The notes under the pieces are model-generated. The model saw only the letters and a program-made list of their open reading frames with translations. It made no database searches and had not been told where the DNA came from. The translations under genes were made by a program, and so were the position numbers. A stretch of 64,000 nucleotides of DNA from Myxococcota bacterium (GTDB taxonomy: Bacteria; Myxococcota_A; UBA796; CAJQPC01), in contig JAZAMN010000059.1 of the NCBI GenBank assembly GCA_036229005.1, positions 115,856-179,855 on the forward strand, given 5' to 3'. Of the stretch, positions 1 through 8,153 are shown in pieces (positions within the stretch are counted from its first letter, which is position 1; each line of letters opens with the position of its first letter).

Positions 1-548
1 GCCTCAGCGAGGACATCGAGCTTGGAGCCCACCCCGGTCACCGCGATGGCGTGCTGCGCGAAGTCCAGCCCCGCCGCCGCGTAGGCCGCCTGCGTGGCCA
101 GCATGCCGTTGCGGGTCTCCTTGGTGCCCCCCGACTTGGAGATCACCAGCACCCCGGTGCGCTCCAGCGGCAGCCCGTCCAGCACCCGCGCCATGCCCAC
201 CGGATCGGTGTTGTCGATGAACGCGGCCTTGGCCCCCAGGGCATCCAGCACGAGCTGCGGCCCCAGCGCGGAGCCGCCGATCCCCACCATCAGCAGGTGT
301 TCGAAGGGCCAGTCCGCGGCCAGCGCGCGGAGCTGCGCCCAGAGCGCGTGGATCTCCGCCCCCAGACCGTCGGGGGCCAGCTCAGGCGCCCGCAGCCAGT
401 AGTGACCGACCCGTCGGCCCTCGTCCGGGTTCGCGATGGCCCCGGCCTCCAGCGCCCGCATGGCGACCAGCGCCCGCTCGGTGCTCTGGGGCGCAGCCGC
501 GCCCATGTCGCAAAGGTCCAGGGCGATGCCCGCAGCCTCGACTCGCAT
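1..548 (-). CDS. pgi: Glucose-6-phosphate isomerase, 5' part (runs off window edge)
   Basis: Not in ORF track. Manual translation from ATG 548 gives [34 protein letters not shown] and [15 protein letters not shown], which are PGI motifs. Confidence 0.93.
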   Translation of the reverse strand, partial: MRVEAAGIALDLCDMGAAAPQSTERALVAMRALEAGAIANPDEGRRVGHYWLRAPELAPDGLGAEIHALWAQLRALAADWPFEHLLMVGIGGSALGPQLVLDALGAKAAFIDNTDPVGMARVLDGLPLERTGVLVISKSGGTKETRNGMLATQAAYAAAGLDFAQHAIAVTGVGSKLDVLAE

Positions 549-549
549 T

Positions 550-1845
550 TCAGGCCTCCACAAGCTCGATGCGCACCAGCTTCTTCACGTTGGCGCAAGC
601 GCTCTGACCGTCCTCGGGCGGAACGAGCACACGGAAGGGCCCGCCCTTGTCCTCGGGCACGGGCGCCCCATCCACCGAGTGCAGCACCATCGCGTCCCCC
701 AGCTCGCCCACCGGGGTGGGCCCGGAGACCATCCCGTCCGCCGCGACCAGCACCACCTGGGCGCCCTCCATCGGGTGCAGCAGCCCCACGATCTCCCGCA
801 GGTAGACGGCCTGCCCCGCCCGCTTGGGCACGCGCTCGGCGACGTCCGCGATCTGCCCCGGCAGGGCCGCGAGGCTCCAGCGGTTCAGGCGCGCCCGGTA
901 GCTCCCCCCGTCGCTCAGCCGCAGCTCGCCCAGCACCGAAGGGTCTTCGCTGTAGCGGGCCGCATCCAGAGCCCCCAGCAGCCCGGTGGCCTCGCTTGCA
1001 TCCCCCTTGACGATGACGTCGACCGCCGAGGTGCTGCGCAGCCCGGTGGGCCGGGCATGGACCTGGCCACCCGCCCGCTCCATCAGCGTCCACCCAAGGT
1101 CCGTGTGGAAGAGCCCCTTGACCCGCTCCGCGCCGCAGTCCGCGAGCACCGCCCGGAGCGCCTTCTGGTCGAACACCACCTCGGGCTCCCAGGTCTGGCT
1201 GGCGGCCGCGTAGCCCGCCGTGGACAGGCCCGGCTTGTGCACCCGGATGCCCGGCCCCTGTCGCCGCAGGTCGAAGAGCCCGGGGTCGACCTTGCCGGAG
1301 CGCGTCTCCACCACCGCCAGCCAGGGGGGGAAGTGGTCGGCCGTCGCCGCCTTGGCCGCCTCCAGCGTGTCCACGTCGCACTGGTCGCCAAAGTTCAGGA
1401 TCAGCACGTCCGCCGCGTCGAGCTGCTCCAGGAGCAGCGCGGGGGCCAGGCCCTTGAGTCGCCGCGGGTCCAGCACCCCCACCACGGGCGCCAGCTCCAA
1501 CTGAGCGGCCACCTTGGAGCGCGAGAGCGTGTCCAGGATGTCCGCCGGGCGGGCGAGCCCCGTGGCCTCGATGAAGATGCGGTCAGGGGGCGGCTCCTGA
1601 GCCAGCAACGCCTCGACCGAGGGGGCCAGGTCCTCGGGCGCCGTGCAGCACACGCAGCCGCCGGGGATCTCCTGGATGGTCGCCTTCCCCGAAAGCAGGG
1701 TCGCGTCGATCCGGGCTTCCCCGAAATCGTTCACCACCACCGCGCATCGCTCCTGCTCCTGCCGGGTCTCAAGCTGGTTGAGCAACAGCGAGGTCTTCCC
1801 GCTGCCCAGGAATCCGGTGACGAGGTGAAGGGGCGTGCGGGCCAT
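550..1845 (-). CDS. COG0523/CobW-family metal-binding GTPase with C-terminal molybdopterin-oxidoreductase-like domain
   Basis: TGFLGSGKT Walker A, VVNDFGE, GGCVCC metal motif, IEATGLA. The C-terminal ~125 aa end in [18 protein letters not shown]...[12 protein letters not shown]. Confidence 0.85.
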   Translation of the reverse strand: MARTPLHLVTGFLGSGKTSLLLNQLETRQEQERCAVVVNDFGEARIDATLLSGKATIQEIPGGCVCCTAPEDLAPSVEALLAQEPPPDRIFIEATGLARPADILDTLSRSKVAAQLELAPVVGVLDPRRLKGLAPALLLEQLDAADVLILNFGDQCDVDTLEAAKAATADHFPPWLAVVETRSGKVDPGLFDLRRQGPGIRVHKPGLSTAGYAAASQTWEPEVVFDQKALRAVLADCGAERVKGLFHTDLGWTLMERAGGQVHARPTGLRSTSAVDVIVKGDASEATGLLGALDAARYSEDPSVLGELRLSDGGSYRARLNRWSLAALPGQIADVAERVPKRAGQAVYLREIVGLLHPMEGAQVVLVAADGMVSGPTPVGELGDAMVLHSVDGAPVPEDKGGPFRVLVPPEDGQSACANVKKLVRIELVEA

Positions 1846-1925
1846 GGGCTCTCCAGTCGGGGGGTGGACCTATCCGCCGCGCGCGGCGGTGCCAGCCTTG
1901 AGCCCCCGGAGCCCCCGCCTTGCGC

Positions 1926-2876
1926 CTACTTCACCGAGCGCAGGAGCTTGTTCACGTCCGACCAGCGCTTGCTGCTGGAGGAGGCGCCCAGGACGGAGAC
2001 GACCACCCGCCGCCCACTGTCGAGCTCCACCACGCCGACAAAGCAGTAGCCCGCCGTGTCGGTGTACCCGGTCTTGCCAGCGAGGACCTGCAGGTCCCCT
2101 CTCCCAACCAGCCGGTCGGTGCTGTAGAGCAGGCGGTTGGGGCTGCCGTCGGCCTGCTCCAGCCACCAGCTCGGGGCGCTCGCCGCGATGCTCAAGGTGG
2201 GGTGCGCCGAGACCGCGACGGCGGCCTTGGCCATGTCCCGGGCGGTCGACAGGTTCTCGTCGTCCAGCCCCGAGGGCTCCGCCCAGCTCGAGCTCACCAT
2301 GCCCAGGTCCGCGCTGACCTGATGCATGCGCTGGTTGAAGGCGTCCCAGTCCAGGCCGCTGGCCACCTGCACGCCGTAGGCGCCCCGGTTGTCGGAGCTC
2401 ACCATCGCCGCGCCCAGCAGGTCGTAGCCCCGGTAGCACTCCCCCGTGGAGAGCTTGGAGTAGGCGCCGCTGCGGGTGGGGTAGAAGCGCGCGTCCACGC
2501 AGTAGGTGTCATCCAGCCCCCGGCCCTCGCTGGCCCAGGTCAGCCCGGTGGTCAGCTTGGTCAGGGACGCCACAGGCCGCAGGTTGTCCGCGCTCTCCGC
2601 GTGCAGCACCCGCCCCTCGTCCAGATCGAAGAGGAAGCTGGCCCGCGCGTTGATGCCGGAGACCGTCTCCTGCCCGGGCGCGTCCATCTCCGGGAGCACC
2701 TGCAGGGCCTGGGGTGCGGGGTGCCACGCCGGCGGGGTCCAGGGCAGCACCGTCGGCCGCTCGGGGAGGGCCTCCTGGGCGTCCACCGTGGGGACCAACG
2801 CCACCCCGATGCACGCCACCGACAGGACCGCCAACACCGCTGCTGCCCGCGCACGCAAGGCCTTCTTCTCACCCAT
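1926..2876 (-). CDS. Peptidase S11 D-Ala-D-Ala endo/carboxypeptidase (PBP7/PbpG-like)
   Basis: SxxK (ASLTK), SxN (SSDN) and KTG (GKTGYT) motifs; N-terminal signal peptide. Start moved to MGEKK at 2876. Confidence 0.88.
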   Translation of the reverse strand: MGEKKALRARAAAVLAVLSVACIGVALVPTVDAQEALPERPTVLPWTPPAWHPAPQALQVLPEMDAPGQETVSGINARASFLFDLDEGRVLHAESADNLRPVASLTKLTTGLTWASEGRGLDDTYCVDARFYPTRSGAYSKLSTGECYRGYDLLGAAMVSSDNRGAYGVQVASGLDWDAFNQRMHQVSADLGMVSSSWAEPSGLDDENLSTARDMAKAAVAVSAHPTLSIAASAPSWWLEQADGSPNRLLYSTDRLVGRGDLQVLAGKTGYTDTAGYCFVGVVELDSGRRVVVSVLGASSSSKRWSDVNKLLRSVK

Positions 2877-3010
2877 TCCTGGTGCCTCCAGGCGCCCAGA
2901 GGATCCCGTTTCTGTTGACTTGTCAAGAAGCAAGTGAAACAAGCCTCTGAGGGAGCACCCCAGCGCCCCTTTGCCTGGACGCCCAAAGCCCCCGCGACTA
3001 GAGACCCCAG

Positions 3011-3628
3011 ATGCCCACCCTGTCCCTCTCGCTGCTGCTCGCCTGTGGCCCAGACATGGCGCCCCAGGACACCGGCGATCTGCCCGCGGACCTGGCCCCG
3101 CTCCTCAAGAACACGGCCGACTACCCCGCTGACCAGGCCGAGACCCTCAACCTGGAGCTGGGCGAAGAGTCCGACTACGACTGGGTCCACGGCAAGGGCT
3201 ACCTGCACGCCGATCTGCAGAGCTCCTGGGCCGCGATGCAGGAGCCCCTGGTCCTGCTGGACCGCCGCAAGGTCAGCGAGTGGTCCGTGGAGTGGGACAC
3301 CCGCCCCCAGTACGCGGTCTCCCACACCACCCACAACGTCGTCCCGGACATCGTGACCATCGAGTTCGACATGGACTGGTGGCAGGACGAAGTCTCGGAT
3401 GGACGAGTGGCTGGTCGCTACGAGAAGACCGAGGGCACACCCTTCATCACCTCGATGGCCGGTGGCTTCTTGCTGATCCCGATCAGCGAGGAGATCACGG
3501 CCATCGAGATCATCGGCACCCTGGACGCCGCCCAGCGCGGCCCCGAGCCCGTGGCCGAGTACTGGACCGACGTGTACGCCGACGCCGTGGCCACCGTGCA
3601 CGGGGAAGATCTGCCCGAACTGGACTGA
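3011..3628 (+). CDS. Hypothetical lipoprotein
   Basis: MPTLSLSLLLAC lipobox; GC3-rich codon usage. Confidence 0.75.
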   Translation: MPTLSLSLLLACGPDMAPQDTGDLPADLAPLLKNTADYPADQAETLNLELGEESDYDWVHGKGYLHADLQSSWAAMQEPLVLLDRRKVSEWSVEWDTRPQYAVSHTTHNVVPDIVTIEFDMDWWQDEVSDGRVAGRYEKTEGTPFITSMAGGFLLIPISEEITAIEIIGTLDAAQRGPEPVAEYWTDVYADAVATVHGEDLPELD

Positions 3629-3697
3629 TCCGGGGATGCTGGGTTACACGCCCGGGTCCCGCGACCCTGGTCGCCCACGAACCCCATGGAGAGTCCC

Positions 3698-3829
3698 ATG
3701 CCCAAGTCCGCGTCTGCCCGTCACCGCGCCAAGCTCAAGGCCAAGAAGCGCAAGGAGCGTATGCGCAAGAGCGGCGCCCTGCGCGTGCGCAAGCCCGGTG
3801 GCCGTATGAAGAAGACCAACCGCAAGTAG
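3698..3829 (+). CDS. Small highly basic protein, 43 aa (MPKSASARHRAKLKAKKRKERMRKSGALRVRKPGGRMKKTNRK)
   Basis: Below ORF-track cutoff. GGAGAG SD just upstream, all Lys codons AAG, 20 of 43 residues K/R. Confidence 0.75.
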   Translation: MPKSASARHRAKLKAKKRKERMRKSGALRVRKPGGRMKKTNRK

Positions 3830-3859
3830 AGCAGTGCTACCCTCCGATCCGGAGGATTC

Positions 3860-4180
3860 ATGCACATCTGCAACCACTGCGGATCCCCGGCTCCGGCCGG
3901 CAACGACTGCCCCCACTGCTCGGCTCGGCTGGCCTCCAGCCCCAAGCCGGTGCTGCTGGGGGCAGCGGCGCTCCTTGGGCTCAGCCTCACAGCCTGCACC
4001 GGCATCGGCGAGCCCGCGGCGCTCTACGGCGCCCCCGACAGCGGCTGGATCGACAGCGACGGCGACGGCACCCGCGATCGCCAGGACTGCGCCCCCGAAG
4101 ACGCCGAGGTCTACCCGGGCGCCCCGGAGACCGCCGACGACGGCGTCGACTCCAACTGTGACGGTGAAGACAACACCTGA
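3860..4180 (+). CDS. Small protein: Zn-ribbon + lipobox-like segment + ALYGAP motif + putative metal-binding (MopE-related) repeat
   Basis: GGAGG SD; CNHC..CPHC; LLGLSLTAC; DSDGDG..DC..YPGAPE..DGVDSNCDG. Confidence 0.78.
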   Translation: MHICNHCGSPAPAGNDCPHCSARLASSPKPVLLGAAALLGLSLTACTGIGEPAALYGAPDSGWIDSDGDGTRDRQDCAPEDAEVYPGAPETADDGVDSNCDGEDNT

Positions 4181-4267
4181 GCCCGATCCTGCGCCGGCGC
4201 AGCCTCCCGCCTTGCTCGCGCCCCTCTGGTGGATATGGATCCATTCCAGATCAAGCAGGAGAAACAC

Positions 4268-4744
4268 ATGGACAACGGACTGTCCCCCGACACCCGCCGC
4301 GCCCTGGCCCAGGGCCTCTCTACCGTCCTCGCGGACACCTACACCCTCTACCTCAAGACGCACAACTTCCACTGGAACGTGACCGGTCCCATGTTCCAGA
4401 CCCTGCACGTGCTCTTCGAGACCCAGTACACCGAGCAGTGGGCCGCCGTGGACCAGCTCGCCGAGCGCATCCGCGCCCTGGGCTACCCCGCCCCCGGCTC
4501 CTACGCGCAGTTCGCCGCCCTGACCTCCATCGCCGAGGCCGACGGGGTCCCCGCCGCGCCCGAGATGATCAAGCAGCTCGCCGCTGGCCAGGACGCCGTC
4601 TGCCGCTCCGCCCGCGCCGTGGTGTCCATCGCCGAAGAGGCCGGTGACGTGGTCTCCGCCGACCTGCTCACCCAGCGCCTGACCGTGCACGAGAAGAACG
4701 CCTGGATGCTGCGCAGCCTGCTCGAGGACCACGGTGCAGCCTGA
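4268..4744 (+). CDS. dps: Dps family DNA-protection ferritin-like protein
   Basis: LYLKTHNFHWNVTGPMF.TLH..FE.QY, DQLAERIRALG, HEKNAWML; AGGAG SD before ATG 4268. Confidence 0.95.
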   Translation: MDNGLSPDTRRALAQGLSTVLADTYTLYLKTHNFHWNVTGPMFQTLHVLFETQYTEQWAAVDQLAERIRALGYPAPGSYAQFAALTSIAEADGVPAAPEMIKQLAAGQDAVCRSARAVVSIAEEAGDVVSADLLTQRLTVHEKNAWMLRSLLEDHGAA

Positions 4745-5384
4745 GTTCTGGCACGAGCGCTGGCAGACCCAGACCATCGGCTTCCACCAGGACAAGGTGC
4801 ACCCCGACCTGGAGTGCTTCTCCCCCCGCGGTCAGGACGGCCGCGTCTGCCGCATCCTGGTGCCCCTGTGCGGCAAGAGCTGGGACGTCCCCCACCTGGC
4901 CGCCAGCGGCCACCAGGTCGTAGGCGTGGAGCTCTCCCCCCTCGCCGCCAAGGCCATGATCCAGGAGCACAAGCTCCAGGTCCAGGAGAGCCAGCGGGGC
5001 CCCTTCCAGATCTTCCACAACGACTCCCTGGAGCTGCGGGTCGGCAACGTCTTCGATCTCGACGCCAGCGAGGACTTCGACGCCGTCTGGGACCGGGCCG
5101 CCCTGGTGGCCCTCAACCCCGAGCAGCGCGTCCGCTACGCCGCCCTGCTCACCAAGCTGCTGCGCCCCGGCGGCCAGATGCTGCTCAACGTGTTCGAGTA
5201 CGACCAGGACAAGATGTCCGGCCCGCCCCACTCCGTCCCCTTGGACGAGGTCAAGACCCACTACGCCGAGCACTTTGAGATCGAGGTCCTCCGCGAGGAC
5301 GACATCCTGGAGCAGTCCCCCAAGTTCCGCGAGCGCGGCCTGGACCGGCTGCTGGGCCGCCTCATCCACCTGACGCGCCGATAG
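4734..5384 (+). CDS. tpm: Thiopurine S-methyltransferase family protein
   Basis: FWHERWQ..IGFHQ, LVPLCGKS.D, GVELS, WDRAALVAL, GPPHSV. Confidence 0.9.
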   Translation: MQPEFWHERWQTQTIGFHQDKVHPDLECFSPRGQDGRVCRILVPLCGKSWDVPHLAASGHQVVGVELSPLAAKAMIQEHKLQVQESQRGPFQIFHNDSLELRVGNVFDLDASEDFDAVWDRAALVALNPEQRVRYAALLTKLLRPGGQMLLNVFEYDQDKMSGPPHSVPLDEVKTHYAEHFEIEVLREDDILEQSPKFRERGLDRLLGRLIHLTRR

Positions 5385-5414
5385 GGCCTCGCCGCCCGGG
5401 TTAGGGGGTGCCGA

Positions 5415-5861
5415 ATGCAGCTCCCCGCCTGGCTCAACCAACCCTGGCTGGCCTCCATCCTGGGGGCCCCCAGGGCCACCCGCGCCATCACCGGCCTGGC
5501 CGCCCTGCAGCTCGGCGCTGAGCTGGCGGGGCTCTCCTTCTGGGGCTGCCCCAGCCGCCTGGCCTTTGGATTTCCTTGTCCGGGCTGCGGCCTCACCCGC
5601 GCCAGCGAGGCCCTGCTCCACGGGCACTGGTCCCAGGCCATGCACCTGCACGCCTACGCGCCCGTGCTGCTGCTGCTCCTCCTCCTCATCGCAGTGGCGG
5701 CCGTGCTCCCAGTCCGCCAGCGGCAGACCCTCGCGGACCGCGTGGCGGCATGGGAGCAGAAAACTGCATTTTCCACCTTGCTCGCGCTGGGGCTGGTGGC
5801 GTACTACGTCACGCGCCTGGCCATGGGTCCTCGCGAACTGCAGACCCTGCTGGCCGGCTGA
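5415..5861 (+). CDS. DUF2752-family membrane protein
   Basis: CP....G.PCPGCGLTRA signature followed by hydrophobic helices. Confidence 0.82.
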   Translation: MQLPAWLNQPWLASILGAPRATRAITGLAALQLGAELAGLSFWGCPSRLAFGFPCPGCGLTRASEALLHGHWSQAMHLHAYAPVLLLLLLLIAVAAVLPVRQRQTLADRVAAWEQKTAFSTLLALGLVAYYVTRLAMGPRELQTLLAG

Positions 5862-5895
5862 GCCACACCCCAAGTTCCCCTCCCAGGAGTCACAC

Positions 5896-6121
5896 ATGTC
5901 CGGAGCTCTCACCGCCCTGGCTGACCCTCATCAAGATGTTCGGTGACAAGGAGGACGGTGGTGTCGGCAAGGGCATCGGCGGCTTCATCTGCGCCATCTA
6001 CGCCCTGGTCTGGGGCTGGCAGAACCGCGCCAAGCACAACCACGAGAAGGTGATGCAGGTCTGGGGCGCGGCCATCGGCCTCGGCTTCGTGTTCAACGCC
6101 ATCGCCCGCGCCATGGCCTGA
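5896..6121 (+). pseudogene. Small membrane protein with apparent frameshift/deletion near 5920
   Basis: AGGAG SD and ATG 5896 (MSGALTAL), but the coding-like hydrophobic frame (LTLIKMFGDKEDGGVGKGIGGFICAIYALVWGW...) is shifted by +1. Confidence 0.55.
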
Positions 6122-6141
6122 CCCTGGTCCCTGACCTACGC

Positions 6142-6167
6142 AACCCTCGGCCTCGGCCGGGGGTTTC
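6142..6167. terminator. Hairpin between convergent genes
   Basis: AACCCTCGGC-CTCG-GCCGGGGGTT, 10-bp stem with one G-U pair, short T tract. Confidence 0.55.
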
Positions 6168-6214
6168 GTGCTCTGGACCGAGCTCTGCCGGACGAGAGTC
6201 CCAAACAGGCAGAA

Positions 6215-6991
6215 CTATCCCTCGAGCAGCGCGCTCCCGATCGCAAAGGCCGCGAACAGCGCCACCGCGATCCACACCCCGCGCCACAGCCACCGACCCG
6301 CAAAGAGCCGCTGGTCATGCACCTTGGCCTCCTCCATCGCCCGAGGGACGTGGGTGAGCCCCAGCCGCTGGGGCGCCGCCGCCGCCAGCCCCATCGCCAA
6401 GGCCTGCCGCAGCAGCTCCCGCAGCACGTCGTCCTCGCGGGCACCCGAGCTCCACAGAGCGCTGGGCGACAAGATGAGCAGGAGGTCTGCCCCCGAGCGC
6501 TGCAGCGAGATGATCCGCCCCCAGGACCGCCGCTCCTCCACCCGCAGGTGAAGCTGCTTGAAGGCCCGCCGCACCCGCAAGCGCGCCCACAGGCTCCCGC
6601 CCCCCTGCGGCAGCTCCCCCAGCCGCGCCGCCTCCGCCAGGGCCAACACAAAGGCGTGCCCCATCCCATGCTCGGCCACCAGCGCCGGCAGCGCCTCACG
6701 CAGCAGCCAATCAAGCTGGTACTCCGCCATCAGCCAGACCGTGTCCACGTACTCGGGCCCCGGCCCCCCGCCACGCCGCCCCCCACCCGCGAAGGGGTTG
6801 CCGTCCGCCGTGCCGTCCCGGATGGCCTCGTAGGCGGCGTTGATCGCCTTGAAGCGCTCGGTGGCCTGGGGGTCGTCGGGGTGCAGATCCGGGTGGTGCT
6901 GCCGCGCGAGCTTGCGAAAGGCCCGCTTGGCCTCATCCACGCTGGCGCCTGGGGCCAGCCCAAGGGTCTCGTAGGGGTTCCCGAAGCTCAT
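6215..6991 (-). CDS. J-domain (DnaJ class C) protein with C-terminal TM helix
   Basis: NPYETLGL...[11 protein letters not shown]...FKAINAAYE; hydrophobic C-terminus. Confidence 0.88.
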   Translation of the reverse strand: MSFGNPYETLGLAPGASVDEAKRAFRKLARQHHPDLHPDDPQATERFKAINAAYEAIRDGTADGNPFAGGGRRGGGPGPEYVDTVWLMAEYQLDWLLREALPALVAEHGMGHAFVLALAEAARLGELPQGGGSLWARLRVRRAFKQLHLRVEERRSWGRIISLQRSGADLLLILSPSALWSSGAREDDVLRELLRQALAMGLAAAAPQRLGLTHVPRAMEEAKVHDQRLFAGRWLWRGVWIAVALFAAFAIGSALLEG

Positions 6992-7093
6992 CTGGATCAG
7001 CTAACGCCAAGCGCCCCCCTGCACCGGCTCGCCAGGCCCCTCAACCCGGAGTACCCTGTGAGCACAGGGCAGGACGAGAGAGGAAGGCACCCC

Positions 7094-7492
7094 ATGCGCG
7101 GGACACCTTGGTTCACCCTTTTGCCTGCTGCGCTGCTCATCCCCCTCATCGGCTGCTTCGGCGCCAGCGAGGACACCAGCGGCCCAGAGGACACCGACCC
7201 CCTGGTCTGCGCCGAGCTCAGCCTTGAGGACTGCGCCACCGAAGGGGTCGCTCAGTGCAGCCTCCTCAGCGGGCGCGCCCTCCAGGACGACGGCGCCGGC
7301 GGCCAGTGCGTCGACTTCTCGGTCGACAGCGAGCCCATGGGCTGCATCGACGACGACCAGGGCTGCGGCGACGCCGAGACCGTGGCCGCCCCCGCCGACG
7401 ACCCCGAGAACTGCACCCACTGGTTCCCCTCCACCTGCCTGCCCGACGGCTACGTCTACTGCGGCAGCAGCATCGACGAGTGTGCCCCATGA
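7094..7492 (+). CDS. Cys-rich lipoprotein (10 Cys in mature part), paralog A
   Basis: MRGTPWFTLLPAALLIPLIGC; GAGGAAGG SD; homologous to the next gene. Confidence 0.8.
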   Translation: MRGTPWFTLLPAALLIPLIGCFGASEDTSGPEDTDPLVCAELSLEDCATEGVAQCSLLSGRALQDDGAGGQCVDFSVDSEPMGCIDDDQGCGDAETVAAPADDPENCTHWFPSTCLPDGYVYCGSSIDECAP

Positions 7493-7833
7493 AGCGCCTG
7501 ACCCTGACCCTGGCCGCCCTGCTCCCCCTGGTCGCCTGCAGCGCCGAGCAACGCTGCGCCGCCACCGCCGCCGAGGACTGCGCGGACGCCCGCGGCTGCG
7601 TCGAGCTCACCGGCCGGTCCGTGGAGACCGACGAGAGCGGCGAGGCCTGCGCCGACTACGACACCGAGCTGGAGGTCCTGGGCTGCATGGCCGCCGAGCA
7701 GGATTGCGGCGACGCCCTGACCCTGGCCGCCCCCGCCGACGACCCCACGGACTGCAGCTACTGGTTCACCAACACCTGCATCCCAGCGGACATGGTCGCC
7801 TGTGACGACTGGCCGGATGAGTGCTCGGAGTAG
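7489..7833 (+). CDS. Cys-rich lipoprotein (10 Cys in mature part), paralog B
   Basis: ATGA overlap with paralog A; MKRLTLTLAALLPLVAC; shared CGDA...AAPADDP..C..WF..TC.P motif. Confidence 0.8.
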   Translation: MKRLTLTLAALLPLVACSAEQRCAATAAEDCADARGCVELTGRSVETDESGEACADYDTELEVLGCMAAEQDCGDALTLAAPADDPTDCSYWFTNTCIPADMVACDDWPDECSE

Positions 7834-7854
7834 TCGGACGCTGGTCCGGTTGAA

Positions 7855-8112
7855 TCACCAAGCACAGAGCGTCGTGAACTCCCCCATGGGGGTGTACACA
7901 AATTTCGAACGTCCCTGGCCGATCTGCTCGGTCATCCAGCCGCTGATGTTGGCCTCCTGCTTCTCAAGGCTCAACCCCCCAAAGCGGCTGTGGCAGACCG
8001 CCTCCTTCTGGTCCCCCGCCTGAGCCGGGCTGGCGACCAGGAGTGCGCCCACTCCTGCCCCCAGGACGAAGGTGACTGCGGCGATTCCAAGGGCCTTGGG
8101 GCTGATGTACAT
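7855..8112 (-). CDS. Small secreted hypothetical protein
   Basis: AGGAG SD; signal peptide ending in PAQA; two Cys. Confidence 0.65.
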   Translation of the reverse strand: MYISPKALGIAAVTFVLGAGVGALLVASPAQAGDQKEAVCHSRFGGLSLEKQEANISGWMTEQIGQGRSKFVYTPMGEFTTLCAW

Positions 8113-8153
8113 GGCTGCTCCTATGGCCTGCAGAGTACACCGCCGCGGCCCCC

